Both the position numbers and the translations under genes were made by a program. Below are positions 29,305 through 42,800 of a stretch of DNA of 64,000 bases, piece after piece. A model generated the notes under the pieces. That model searched no databases and was not told the origin of the DNA. It saw only the letters and a list, made by a program, of their open reading frames with translations. The stretch is from Tubiluchus corallicola. Its lineage: Eukaryota; Animalia; Priapulida. Numbering within the stretch: position 1 is the first letter of the stretch; each line of letters opens with the position of its first letter. The stretch covers positions 762,359 through 826,358 of the forward strand of contig JAQGDQ010000012.1 in NCBI GenBank assembly GCA_030141605.1. Reading direction: 5' to 3'.

Positions 29305-31530
29305 ATGAGGACAAATTTACGTGATATCCGCATTGTTTCAAAACTTTGTTCTACTGTGTATTTGCAGATCTCGAAAGCTTCATGCCAACACAGTCCCGTT
29401 ATGGTTTTTCCCAAACGTGATTACTGTGTGGCGAAGTTTTCCAAAATGACAGCCCCTAACCCGAACTTTCCTACCCTGGTGTCTCCTGAGACGCTAAACG
29501 ACATGCAAGAAAAATCTGAAAATGTGCGCATCTTGGATTGCTCGTGGCATTTTCCTTTTATGAATAGGAACGCTAAAGCAGAATATGACAATTTACATAT
29601 CCCCGATGCCTTATTTTTTGATATTGATGAATGCGCAGATAAATCCACAGAGTTAGCGCATATGATACCAGATGAAACCACATTTGAGGATTATGTTGGA
29701 ATCAGAGGAATTAACAACGACACACACGTCGTTGTTTATGACACATCTGAACAAGGCATGTTTTCTAGTCAGCGAGTTTGGTGGACATTTCGTTATTTTG
29801 GTCATGAAATGGTATCCATTCTGAATGGCGGTCTACAGAAGTGGGTCGCACATGAGCTCCCCACTACCTCTGCTCAAACAGTAATCGAAAACTGCAAGTT
29901 TCAAGCCAGAGCTCGGCCTCATCTAATAGCGACATTTGAAGAGCTAGAGAAAACGCTAGAAGATCAAAATTTTCAGATTGTTGATGCGAGACCAACAGGA
30001 CGATTTGAAGGAAAGGAGCCAGAGCCACGGCCAGGTTCTAACTTTTAATATTTAACATTTGTACATTTAAATTATCTACTATTTTTCCATATAATTTGCT
30101 TACGGTATAGCTTATTTAAGGATTTGTTTTTTGAGCTATCACAAAGTGTTTTCTTTTAGCTCCCCGTTGTCATGGTTTAATTTTTTTGTTTGATGAATCT
30201 TGAAAGCTGAGCACATTTTCAAATGTTCACTCAATAATGAACTAGTTTATAAAATTTGGAAAACTTTCGTACTAATAAAATTTTACTGTTTTATTATTTA
30301 TTCTATTTATAGGCATTGAATCTGGACGAATGCCAAATGCCATCAACTTGCCTTTTGGCCTGATTATAGACCCCGAGAAATTTGTAATTAAATCACAGGA
30401 TGAGTTGCTTCAGGTAAGCCTATCATTATGTATGCCAATCTACAACTGCTAGTAATAAATGGCTAAGTGTTAAAAAAGATGGTTTTGCACAAATCTATTT
30501 CATTTTTTTCATAGATTAACTTTGAGATTGTGATATTTTTTCTGTGCAAACTTCAAAGCGTGTACCTTGAATAGGTAGTGATGTCAGTAGAAGAGAGAGA
30601 TAGTAGTTGTCTGCAACAAAATTATTGCTTGGGATGGGACCACCTTCAAAAAAGTCAGACACTCTTGAAACTGACTTATAGCTAGGGTAAATGTGAACAT
30701 AATAGAAGGATCGGGAAATGCCAGTCAACCAGTGAGTGTCCATCTCATAATAGCCAATCAGGTGTTTTAGCTGTCCAGCTGCTCTGGTGCCTCAAAAGTT
30801 GCTTGTTATCAGCGCGGTAAACTTCTGTGCAGATTGTATTTAAACATTATGCAAAAGTGAGTGTATACATCGTTAGTTTATTTTTGCTTCTGATAGATGA
30901 AAATGCGGGAGATTTTTATGCACTATACATGCACAGCAAGAGATTGCAAGATATTTCTGTATAGAAAGAAAAATATGTTAAAGTTCATTAAAGTTGGTAG
31001 TTAGAGGCTCTTTAATTTATTATTCGCAAAGCTTAGCGTGAGCAACTTGATTTGTTTAAATTCGAATGTATGTTAGTGTTTATGCATTATAAGTCTTTTA
31101 GAATGGTCATGCATGAGTCGTTTTGCGTGTATTTTTGTACCTATAAACATGTAACTGAAATTAACCTGTAAACATGTCATTCAGCGACTGCTTTGCGAGA
31201 CAGTTTTTTGTAGTCGGGTATATAGAACAGTGATACATTTTCTGGAAATAAGTGACAAATCGTTACTAAAAGTCCCATATTTGTCTCAGGGAGGCCAGGC
31301 TAGTGCCAATTGCCAATCTGTGTATTATGGTTGATTCTTCATTTCAGGTTTTCGAAGACGTTGGTGTAGATGTGAACAAGCCAATAATTGCCACATGTGG
31401 GTCAGGTATGACTGCTGCAGGTGTCGCACTCGCAGCATTCCTGTGCGGCAATCATGATGTCAAAGTTTATGATGGATCATGGATGGAGTGGTATATGAGA
31501 GCAAAGAAAGAAAACATTGTCAGATTCTAA
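29305..31530 (+). CDS. MPST: 3-mercaptopyruvate sulfurtransferase-like paralog 2 (337 aa from ATG 29305; 290 aa from ATG 29446)
   Basis: Exons 29305-30034, 30313-30413 and 31348-31530. Motifs: LDCSW, HIPDALFFDIDEC..HMIP, RVWWTFRYFGH, VDARPTGRFEGKEPEPR, loop CGSGMT, VYDGSWMEW. The start codon is uncertain. Confidence 0.92.
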
Positions 31531-33867
31531 TGCTGATGTTGTGCATTTTGTGCACAGTCGACACTTGTTATTGAGCACTTAACTAAATACTTGATTAATA
31601 CACTAATACTAAGTGCTTATTTGCCTTGCTGTCTACTCGTGGGGGAAGTCACGAGTGCATGAGAAATGTAGATTTTGTTTTTGACCATTTGACTAGTTTT
31701 TTAAAGTAGCCTAATAATGTGAATCTCGGTTGTTTTCGATTTATATACTGTAATGTCTGTACAAACACATATTCTCTCTACTTCATACACCAAATTTTTA
31801 CATATTTAGTTTGTTAGTTTTGAGAATTCAAGTCTAGGAGTCGTCCCTTTGGGAATCACCTTGTTTAGAGGACTGCAACTATCTCATTTTTCCCCAGATC
31901 TATGAGTGACGGTATCCTGTTATCCTTGCACTTATATATAATGTACATTTTGTAGTTGATAATTCATATGAATTAAGATTACATTTTGGCTTTAAACAGA
32001 ATTGAAAACTGTTAACATGTGCAGCAGAAATTGTGAACCTTTCTCCTAAAATATTTAATGAGTGACACAGCTAGATCTGCATGAGTGATTTCTTTACATT
32101 TTGAAAAAAAACAATTGTCTAAGCAGTCTATAGTAGGTCCTTTAAACACAATAACATCTCAATATCTGGACACTGGTGCAGAGCTATATCTGTTCCGTTA
32201 TATCTCCAAAATCTTCCACTAAAGGCCAAGCAAAAATTGCTGGAAGTCGTACCTGAATGAAGCAAAAGTACTCTATGGCACAAATACTCTAGTACACATG
32301 GGTGTCATTGCTTGGGAATTTATTAGTGCAAGTACAAAATAAAATTGAATTGAAGTGCTGCTAAATCAAGCTTGTAAATGTTAATCAAATTTCTGCAGGT
32401 GTAAGTAGTGCTAAATTCGATTGATTGCTTGACAAAATTTTATTTACTGCACAGTCATGAAATATCTAGATGCATTTTCAATGTATTATGCTGTGTGATG
32501 ATTTTAAGTTTGTTTATTGTCATTTGACTTCTTCATTTACTGAACAGTTATAAAATATTTAGTAGTGTATTTTTGATGTGTATGCTGTGATATTTAATGA
32601 TGTGTTTTGTTAGTATTTTGTGGTTACTTTGGCATTACACTTGTTGCTCAGTGCTGATAAGTCAAACCAAAAAGCTGTTGAAATATTGCACTTAAAAGAG
32701 GAAGTATTTTGTATTACATTGCTAACTACTATTTTTCAAAGACAGACAATCATTATTAAGGACAAAATCAGTGGCTTTTCACATGCAGCTCAAAAAATTG
32801 CCAGCACCATAATAAACATTAGCGCTGACTACTACATGCATATATTTTGACTATTAAAATTTCAAACTCTGTGATTTATTTTCTGTGAAAAGTAAGCGAC
32901 AAATAGCTTGATCAAATCGTTCGGATTAGGTAAAAGTAAACTACATGTACTTTAGGAATATAAGCTTAATGGTAATTTTTGAGCTACTGATGCAGATACG
33001 GGATCATGTACCATTAACATCATGGTAACTTCTTGCCTATTGGCATAAATTACTGTTTTATTAATGCAAGCATTTTAAGAAAGCAAGTTAGTGTTGCAAA
33101 TTGTTACTACTCTGAATTTTTTTAACTATCATTCAGAGCACTGCTCTTCTCCTTTAATGGTTAAAATTTTAATGTGCATAAACTTCTTTATAGCACTAGT
33201 GGTCATGGTATAGCTGTGTGCTATTACTTGCTTATTCAAAGTTGTGCATGTTGAAATATGCAAACTATCTTTTGTCCCCCATTTATACTTTTTGTTGTAC
33301 ACACACAGAGTTGAAAAAAATCTTTATACACATCAGGGAACTTGCATCTTCTAATGTATATTCCTTTCTATGGTTGAGTTTCTATGTAGTTTTTTCAACC
33401 AGTTTCACGTTTTCCATGAATGGATTGTTTCTACATAGTATAGCCTTAATAATGCATGCCCATTTTCTTTGCTAGATTTATTTTTCCACATTAGGAAACT
33501 TTTTGTAAGGTTTCTACTATTATGCAGTTCAATAAAATGGTATTAGATTTGCAATTTATTGCAAGCTGTTCTTTAAAATATTAATGTGTGAAACAAAATG
33601 TTAATTTATATTCACTGAATAACATAATACAACATACCGTAGCAACAATATTATTATGATTACTCAATGTTAACACGTCTTTATTAAATTGCTAATACGA
33701 ACATACGTTTAGGTACTGAAAGATGCTCTTTGATTGCTTTCTCAGTCATTGCCTCCTAACACGAATTAGAATTTTGCATTGTAAGTCTGTTTGTTGAACT
33801 GTCAACTCAACAACAATTGAACAAATCAAATCATGGTACAAAGTACTAGCAGAATAATCTGGTAAGG

Positions 33868-36800
33868 TCATAACGAACTGTTGTAATTTTCTTTAATAAG
33901 TCTCTTTAACATGTTAGACACGACTAACGGATTTGTGCAGTCTTTGGTCAGTTCCTGCACACGATGCACCAGACCGGTTAATCCTCTCTGTTTACCAGCT
34001 TTGAACTTTTTAACCTGAATAATACAAGATCTTTGATAAGAAGAGATTTACTATAATAACAATTACAAAGTACTACAAACACAGTAGCAAATATGATGTG
34101 ATGTAATGTAATGCAAAATTATTTTTTATATTTTTATAAGTATACAATAACACATTTGCATTATATCAGTCAAACTTGGCGTGGGGCAGAAAGGTCGCTC
34201 TAGTGCAGTTTACCATTGCTTTGACCTTGAAGTACGGTAGGGTCATTCAAACTTGCCGTCTATAGTGCAATTGTTACTATAGCTGCCAAGAAATGCCTTG
34301 GGTTCGAGCTCAGTAGAGGTCCAATGTTTTTTAGATTTTGTAATTTAGTAAATTTTGCTGTCGCACATTCGTGATATAATTTAAATGAATACTTGAAAGT
34401 TGAACTCTCGATGCTGCTTTAGAATTTTTATAATATTATACAGAGAATGGTGCCAGTCATTATTTAATGATTCATCTATCAATCAGTGAAAATCTTAATC
34501 AGTCTTAATAAATCATTGAAAATCAGAAAACACAAAAATTTCTATTTTCTGAGAGACGGCAGTAATTGTACCTTCATGTAAAAAAAAATCAATGCCAGAC
34601 ATTTGTTCTTAATTCAAAAAGAAGATTAAAAAGAAAGCCTGCAGCCCCAATGTTAAAGCCAAATAAAAGTAGGTACAAAATGTTCTCTTCTTTTCACAAA
34701 TTTTTATAGACGGAATTGAAGACAAATGTATCTATGTTTGTAAAATCAGTAGGTATATTGCATGTTTGTATGTTTTTAAGCATTTTAATTATATTTCTCT
34801 AATAACATCTTGTTCATGTAAATTTGTTTACTTACTAGCTTTATATTGTGTGTGATTACATCTGTGCATAGTTTCTTAATATGCTCACTGTCATTCAATA
34901 TCCACCAATCATTTGACTCGACAATCTGAAATTCAGCAATGTAATTAGCAAGGTGTAACTTTTTGTGACCTGCAATATGTTGATTAGCATGTTAAGCAAT
35001 TTTTCTTAATGGGCATATTTTACAAACAAATCAACTGGAACTTTTGTTAACTCAATAACAATTTTAGACAATGTTATTAACTCAATAATAATTTTAGACG
35101 ATGTCATGCATAAGTGGTGGCAGTTATTGACAAAAAGGAATTATTATAAGTTGATACATTTTAAAACATTAAGAAAAGATTACAAAACTTCGCTCAATGA
35201 CTGAACCATAACAAGGAGATTACTTAAACTATGTATTGGATAAAGGATTAAGCGTCGTGGAGGGGTTATAAGGTCTGCAAATTGGTATAGCATTTTCTAT
35301 CAGCATTTGTTTTGCAGCCAAGGCTCCACCAGCTGCAAGTAGATAACATGCAAATTTCTTTAGGCTATCCTTATTTTGGAATTCATCGCTGTTCAAGGTC
35401 AGTGGAAATTTCAGTACGCGATCATTTAATCAGCTTGCACATCATGCCAAAGAATAAGGCAATAAAGTTAAAGCAATACATTGATATCTGCACATATTCA
35501 GAGTGCCACAAACATTTGACTTGCAAAACAAAACCTGAAATCATAGGAACTGAAACTGGTGTAGAAAAAGGCATAATACATTTTACTTTGCCTTAAACTA
35601 CATACAGAGATTATAGGTAAGATTTTTCTGAAGTGACAACGAAAAGGCTTGTATTTGCAATGCTAGTTTCTAAACAAAAGACAGTGTAATGATTAAAATT
35701 TTACTCATAACCAAACATCGAATATTCCTACTTTAATCAACTTAAATCAACTGCATAGAGAGTCGTAGACATATAATTTATATTAAACTAATCATCAAAC
35801 TACTATTGCATAACACTTACAAAAGGAGAAAAGTGCCTTCATCTACTGACACAAGAAAAAACGTTTTTGATTTGTGCTGTTTAGTTGGGTTCTAAACTAT
35901 TTCTGTTATAAACTATTTTTGGGAATTGCTAAAAACTCATCTTGCACGAAGCCAGAACTATTTGCATATTATCATAAAAATAAAGTCATTACTACCTGGG
36001 TGGGTGCAGTTCGCTCTCCTTTGAATACCAAATTGACCAGCTAGAAACAAACCAGCAGATTATTTCAAAAAGATATGAACAATATAACTAATTTGATTAA
36101 TCATGGAGTCCTATAGCAATATTTGACAGAAATTGTAGCGAAATTCAAACTACATCTTGAATCTGTATGTTAGTCATGATTAACAGTACTTATCAGACCA
36201 CATCATGTAAATTATAATGGCAGATCTCACGATATTACAACTGTTACACATAGGTTATACCTACATATGCAGGATCTCTAAGGCACATAAATGATACTTG
36301 AAATAGGTGGCAATGACAGAACCAGAACCTATTTCATTATCAAGGATAATCGTCTAAGATTAGACATTTTTACGTTTTTGCTGAACCGATTTTAACCAGA
36401 GGCATTTTAACCACGTTCAGACACGTTCACATGTGTGCAACCTTTCTCAATGAGGTAAATTACCAGAGACAGTATGTTAGACGAAACCAACTGGAGGCAA
36501 TTACCTAACCATTTACTAATAAAGTTTGATGTTGCTTAATATTGGTTAGTAAATGTTTAGCAAATAAGCTGTGCCGTTTATTGCACTCAGAGTTGGATGC
36601 GAAAATATACTTACTTTGGTGCCAATAGGTGGTGATATTTTCTCCATAGACAGCAGTTGTGAAATTTCAGCCAATGTTAATGGGTGGACATTACTGTAAT
36701 GTAAAGTTATTTAAATTTATGTTTTTTTCATAACTCAGTGCAGTAACATTTATAAATTGAGAGAATTTGGAATGAAAATTTCATACGGTCTTCTATCTCA

Positions 36801-39800
36801 GGTTGTATATTGCGCATGATTTGTGCACAGTCTTAAAACTTTAATGAAATGCAACTTGAACTGTAATGAAAAGCAAACAAATTCTAACAACAACATGTAA
36901 TAACTCCTTAACTAAAGTAAGTGCTTTTTACTTTGGCGACCAAATAACCATTATTTACAAGTGGCATATAATTTTGTAGGCAAAATGCCAATAGTGAGCC
37001 ACTATGTTATAAATGAAAGGATTATGTGCCATGTCAAGCCTGCTTACTAGACTGACGGAATCATTAAAAGCAAGCTATGTCCTTCAAACTGCTAGTCATG
37101 TACACGTGCTAACCAGCAAAACTTGCTCATTTTTGTGATTAACAATGCCATAGCATTTTTCCACTGACCTATACTACAGTGTGTCAAGAAGTAATAAATA
37201 AATTAATGTAAAGAAGGCTGCTAGTGATATTTACCACTCTCTGATAGAGATCTTGGCTGACTTTAGACAAGACTGTAGATCGTGAAGTAAAATTCGAGCA
37301 GCAACACGAGGCTCCACATTCTCCACTGATAACATTGATTCATAATATACCAATAAGTCATCATCACCCTGAGAGGAAACACTCGAATAAGTGTATTGCA
37401 AAAGGTTCAGTAAAAAAACTGTCAATAATACCTACCATATATGAACAAATTTTACTGATAAGATTGATTCACCTGCAAATGAAACTCTTTGAAACTAGTA
37501 TCTTGCTAGATTTTCACACAGTATTTAATATACGCACAAGATACATGTTATTATCTACACTTAAGACTGCCATCTTGAATTTCAAAATCGATACCTGTCT
37601 ATTTCTGAAATACATCCACAGACACTATCCTAAGTGATAGTTTACAGTTAGATTGCAGCCTATTGAAGAAATTGAAAGTTATGGCAGTAAATTAATTAAG
37701 TTAGTATACCAAATTATTAATACTTTGAGTATCTCTGAAGTAATGCCACACTTATTAATCAGAAGTAATGCACAATTATTATGCACATTTACAATGCTTG
37801 GTACAACTATGATACCACAACATAGAATCGCCATTTAACACAGTCATACAGTGCAAGTTTCTGAAACTTTCTGTTCATCTACTAACAATCATGTAAGCAA
37901 TAGATGCAGTATCTTATTACATTGCTATTTAAGATGGGTAGCAAAATGGGCAATGGAAATGAACCTTGCATGATTCTGTTGAGTAAGCATATTCTACTCA
38001 ATATTAAAACAGTGAGAAATCAATCCACATGCTACAAAAGCAAAAATATAAATGTCAACTAAGTACAACTAAATACCTGTGCTTAACTTACTGTTAAAGC
38101 AAGAGTTTGATCCATGGGTAACCGATGACTTTGCAGTAGATGTTCTCGTTTTTGTGCTGGTAACATGGGCAATGAAGCTTTTAATTTATCCACATTAATG
38201 ACCTGGATGTACACAAGCAGTTACTATTCTGGCAACATAGTTATTATACAGTATTACACTTACATACGCTGGTTTTGCATATAAAATGACTACTAATATT
38301 TATATTTATACAGACTGCTCAAAAGCAAGTCCAGCAAAAGTCGTGGTGGCTGGATAGTCTAGATTTGCTCTAGGATTATTTTTCAGCACACTTTCCACAT
38401 CATAAAACTGCATTTAAAATTATAATTACATTCCTAATAACAAATTCGAAAAGACAGCATAAACTTGTTTTATATCTATTAATGTGCTGTGCTATATGTT
38501 CCTATTTGTTCTTCATCATTACACGTCCGTCATTAACAGTTTTTCTTCACGTTCAAAAATTTTTTTTGCACTTCAATCTAAGACCTATAATAAATATAAT
38601 TACATTTTAACAAGTGCTACATAATTTATGCATGAACAAAGTCCTCATCCTTAATGATTACCAATTTAGTGTAAATTCACCATTGTGCATTTCGTTTTTG
38701 GAGATTGCCGGGATGCAAATTGTCTAAGCTAAAAGAAAACAAGTCAAAATTGTGATAACCCACGAAAAACAGAACAAAGTTTTATTTCATGTACCTGCAA
38801 CTGAGCATCTGTTTTTGGAACAGTTTCATTTGTATATAACCGCAATGGTGGCAAATTTGGTTCTGGCATAAATCTATAATCTTGCTTCACTTCTTTATCT
38901 CTCATAGACACAGTAGTACTAAACAGTAAATACAGCAAGACAAATAAATTAATTCTTGACGGAAATTATTGACTAACTGATACTTATAAAATTCTGCTAC
39001 CTTTCAAATAGTTAACAAGTTAAAAATTTGAAGATGCTATCAAAGGAACCTTGCATGGTGGAATTATTTAAAATCTTTACTCTTATCATTTTTTAAAACA
39101 GAAAGTGAGTATAAAATTGTTTCATCAGTAAAAAATGTAATGAAACAAAAATACACATAAAAGAATGTCATTACTATACACAAATTTCATATACTGCAGC
39201 GTTTCCTGTACTCACTTGGTGCGAAAGTCAAAAGATTTTGTTTCATTTTCAACAATGCCACCAGTTTCCAAGATTTTGACGTGATTGGAAATTTCACAGT
39301 CTGAATAAATAAAGGCAATAATTGTATTAAACAGGAAGAATGATATTCACTATCAGCCAATTAAAAAATACGGTAAGTTATTCAAAGGTCGGTGTTCTGA
39401 GGCCAAACGATTTTTGTCTAAGATCTTACCTACCTTCGTGTTTGTCTCTTTTCAAAAATTTGCTGGTACCTAGCACAACCTTTGGCTAATCCTGATACAA
39501 TTCTGGGAAATCACAAAATGTAAAAGAATGTCCATTGGAAATCCATCTGGAAATGTAGTCGCCTCATCAGCTCAATAACTTCAAAGATCTAATCCTATCT
39601 ATTAGATACAAAAAATAACCACTGGCTTACGAAATAACCACTACGAAAAAAGGCTGTGACATAGAATAGTACATACCAATAGCTTTTGCAACAAATCGCA
39701 CACTGTTAAGATTCTTTACTTCTGTCCTGACACCAAGAGGCTCTCCTGGCCTGTGCACACTTATATTGGCATCTACCCTCAATGAGCCTTCTACAATAAA

Positions 39801-42800
39801 GGCATAATTATCCAGAAAATGCAAACTGACTCACTGCGAAATACAGTTAAATATAACAAAAACAACAGATTTAAATTCTAGACTAACAGGCAGAAATTGT
39901 AAACTGCCAAATCTCACAAACAAAAGTACCATATATTTAGCAACAAGACACGCGAAAGAAATAATCAAATTACAAAAGGACAATTCTTCATCACATATCG
40001 ACTAATTCTCACATTTCTGTGAATTCCTGTTTAATTGCAACATGCAAAAATCATCAAACAAATTTTATTCTGCGGTTTAGTTGACCCAGTTAGCACACAA
40101 ATACCATAAAAAGTTGAACCATTGAGTAGGAAGCTTAAGATATTATACGATGGTATTCTATCAAGAGCGAATTTGTAATTTTGGATGAGTGACAATAAAT
40201 CATGTTACAAAAATTATGCATTGCTTTAAGAAGTTGTACTTCTCAAACCAGCCAACCACAAAAAAAAATTGCTGACACAGTGACAGTTACCTCTTATCCT
40301 TTTCATTACATCAGCAAGTTGTGAATATCAACTGCCTGCAAAAAATAATTTTGGAGCCACAGCAGATTAGCTCATTAATATACATTATCCAAACTACACT
40401 ATATTCTGTACCTTCCATTTTTCCTGTACAAGTCCCTATAGTCTGCAAAATAAGTTGTAGTTCCTTTATAAGTGCAGCTGCTTCTTCTCCGTCTTGCATA
40501 TCCGGAGCAGTAACAATTTCCATTAAACCAATACCTAATAAAATTATTGTTTAGAGTTTTGTAAAAATCTGTAGACAAATGACTAAGTTGGCAATCCTCT
40601 TTCAAAGATACATTTTATTACTAGCATATCAAACTTCCAAACGTGCCTTCAAACACTGATAATACATTAAAATCTCTTTGACATAAACCTGCCTCCAAAA
40701 TATTTGGAAGACACCTTTACAAACCAAGAACTACTTGCTGTACAGAGAAGATAATGCCACACCTATAAAATCACCTGACCTGCTCTATTTAAGTCCACCA
40801 AAGTTTGTTGGTTCTCCTCATCATGAAGGCTTTTGCCACTGTCCTGTTCCAGCTGCAACTGGACAATCCTAACTGACATTTCCCTTGGTTGACTGTGTGC
40901 TGGAGAAGCTGAATTAAAAACAACAAACCTGATTTGCCCATCTGTGGCAAGTGGCATCCTCTGCTGTGTAATTTGGTAACCCGCCTATAAATTGTTAAAA
41001 ACAAAATTGTAATGACGGATCATAAGCTTAACGAACTGAATGCCTCAGAAATTCTCACATCTTATTATGTACACATTCTCAAAATTGCAAAGGAAAGCTA
41101 CTTGCAAAAATTCTTTAAGAAACAACCAATATCTTTGCTAAGGCTTAATGAAATAAATACAATTTGGTTTCTAGGAATTTTATAAAATTCCAAATATGAA
41201 AAATTTAAGGCAAATAAACCAAGTGAAAAAAGAACAAGTACAGTGCTAGGCTACGTCTACTACATTTGTCCACAGAACAGCTCTTGCCACAACATTAAAC
41301 TCAAAAACAAAATGAATATTAAAAAAGGTGTTAGCATTTAATGAAATTGACTTACTGGCAAGTCAGCATAGAAATAGTGCTTTCGATCAAATTTGGAAAC
41401 AATGTTAACTTTACAGTTAAGAGCAAACGCAGTCAGAACACCAGCTTCTACACATCTTGCATTCAGCACCTATAATTACACCATCCTCTATTAATGTGAC
41501 AATAGTTTCAATACATGGCAATAGCAGACGGATAAACATAATACAGCGAACCAAAAAACTTGGAAGTTATTAATCTAAGTTCGCATTAGAGGTACTCGCA
41601 AAACATTTTTTTGTGTTTAAGGTAAAATAAAAATCAAAAAATAAATCATTACATAGGCTTAAAAATAGATTTTTTTACTTAACTTAAATGTTGTCCTCAG
41701 TTCAGTAGTCAATACACAGCGAAATACAACACATTAGTTAGAACTTTAGAACACCTGTGTTTTACTATGAAACATGGAAAAAAGCAAATGAAAAGCAGAC
41801 TTCATTTCAGTGCCCAAGCTTGAAAATTTGCCAGCTTGAAAACAAATGTGGCATTATGTCTTTTGCACATTACCAGTATCATGCTTAATTCGAGACGGGA
41901 TAAAAAAAATTTAAAAATTGGTCAAATAGTCACCAAATTATCTATAAGATGTCTACAAGACATAGAAGTGTATAATATTTGATTTTACTCAGAAAGAAAG
42001 GAAGGGAGAATATTTCTAATGCTGCTGATAACAAAAAATATGTTGCAACATAACTACAAAGATTTCTACTCTGCTTGTCTTACTACTTACGGGCAATGTG
42101 CCTGGTATTGCAGCATCAAACAATGCGACTTGAGAGTTTACAGGAGCAGCAAACTTTGTTCCAGCACCAGAAAATAGTTTAGACTGAGCTTGAATTTGAG
42201 CATGGATTTCTAAACCAATAACGGCTTTCCAGCTAAATACATGAATACATAAACAAAAAGTGATTCAAACTAGCAGTTATAAAGCAATTTAAAATTACAA
42301 TGAATACATCTTCACTACAACAAGAAATAAAATTAAGCTGAGCTGCTGCTGTGAGGCAGCACAGTGTGGTTGTGCAGACAATGAGAACTGCTACCATAGA
42401 ACTGCATCAATTTACAAACCACATATCTATGACACCTCTTTGTCAATGGTAGTAAAACACCGTACACCACAGCAGAAGGCCAGCAGCCACAACTGATTAT
42501 GTATTTTTACATACATGATTAGATAGAGAATTTTCGTGGTACGATAAAAGATACTATACCGCCACTCTTAAAATATAAGAGTGGTAGAGGTTAATCGAGC
42601 AAACTAATTGTAACTCCATATTTCGTATCTAAATATCTATCCGGCTTGTTCTTGAACTTGTTCACTGAAGAAGCTTTAGCAATTTCAGATGGGAGTTGAT
42701 TCCACTCTCTAACCACTCTTTCCGTGAAAAAATATTTTCTACAATCCAATTTAGCTCTGTATTTAAAATTTTTTAGAGAATGCCCCCTGGTTCTGTCATC

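Noticed and set aside
31519-31530. Peroxisomal targeting signal at the MPST C-terminus (VRF)
   Set aside because: It does not fit the PTS1 consensus [SAC][KRH][LM].
33500-33870. Overlapping antisense 3'UTRs of MPST and GATB
   Set aside because: An earlier + strand AATAAA (~32338) could end MPST, so overlap cannot be supported without transcript data.
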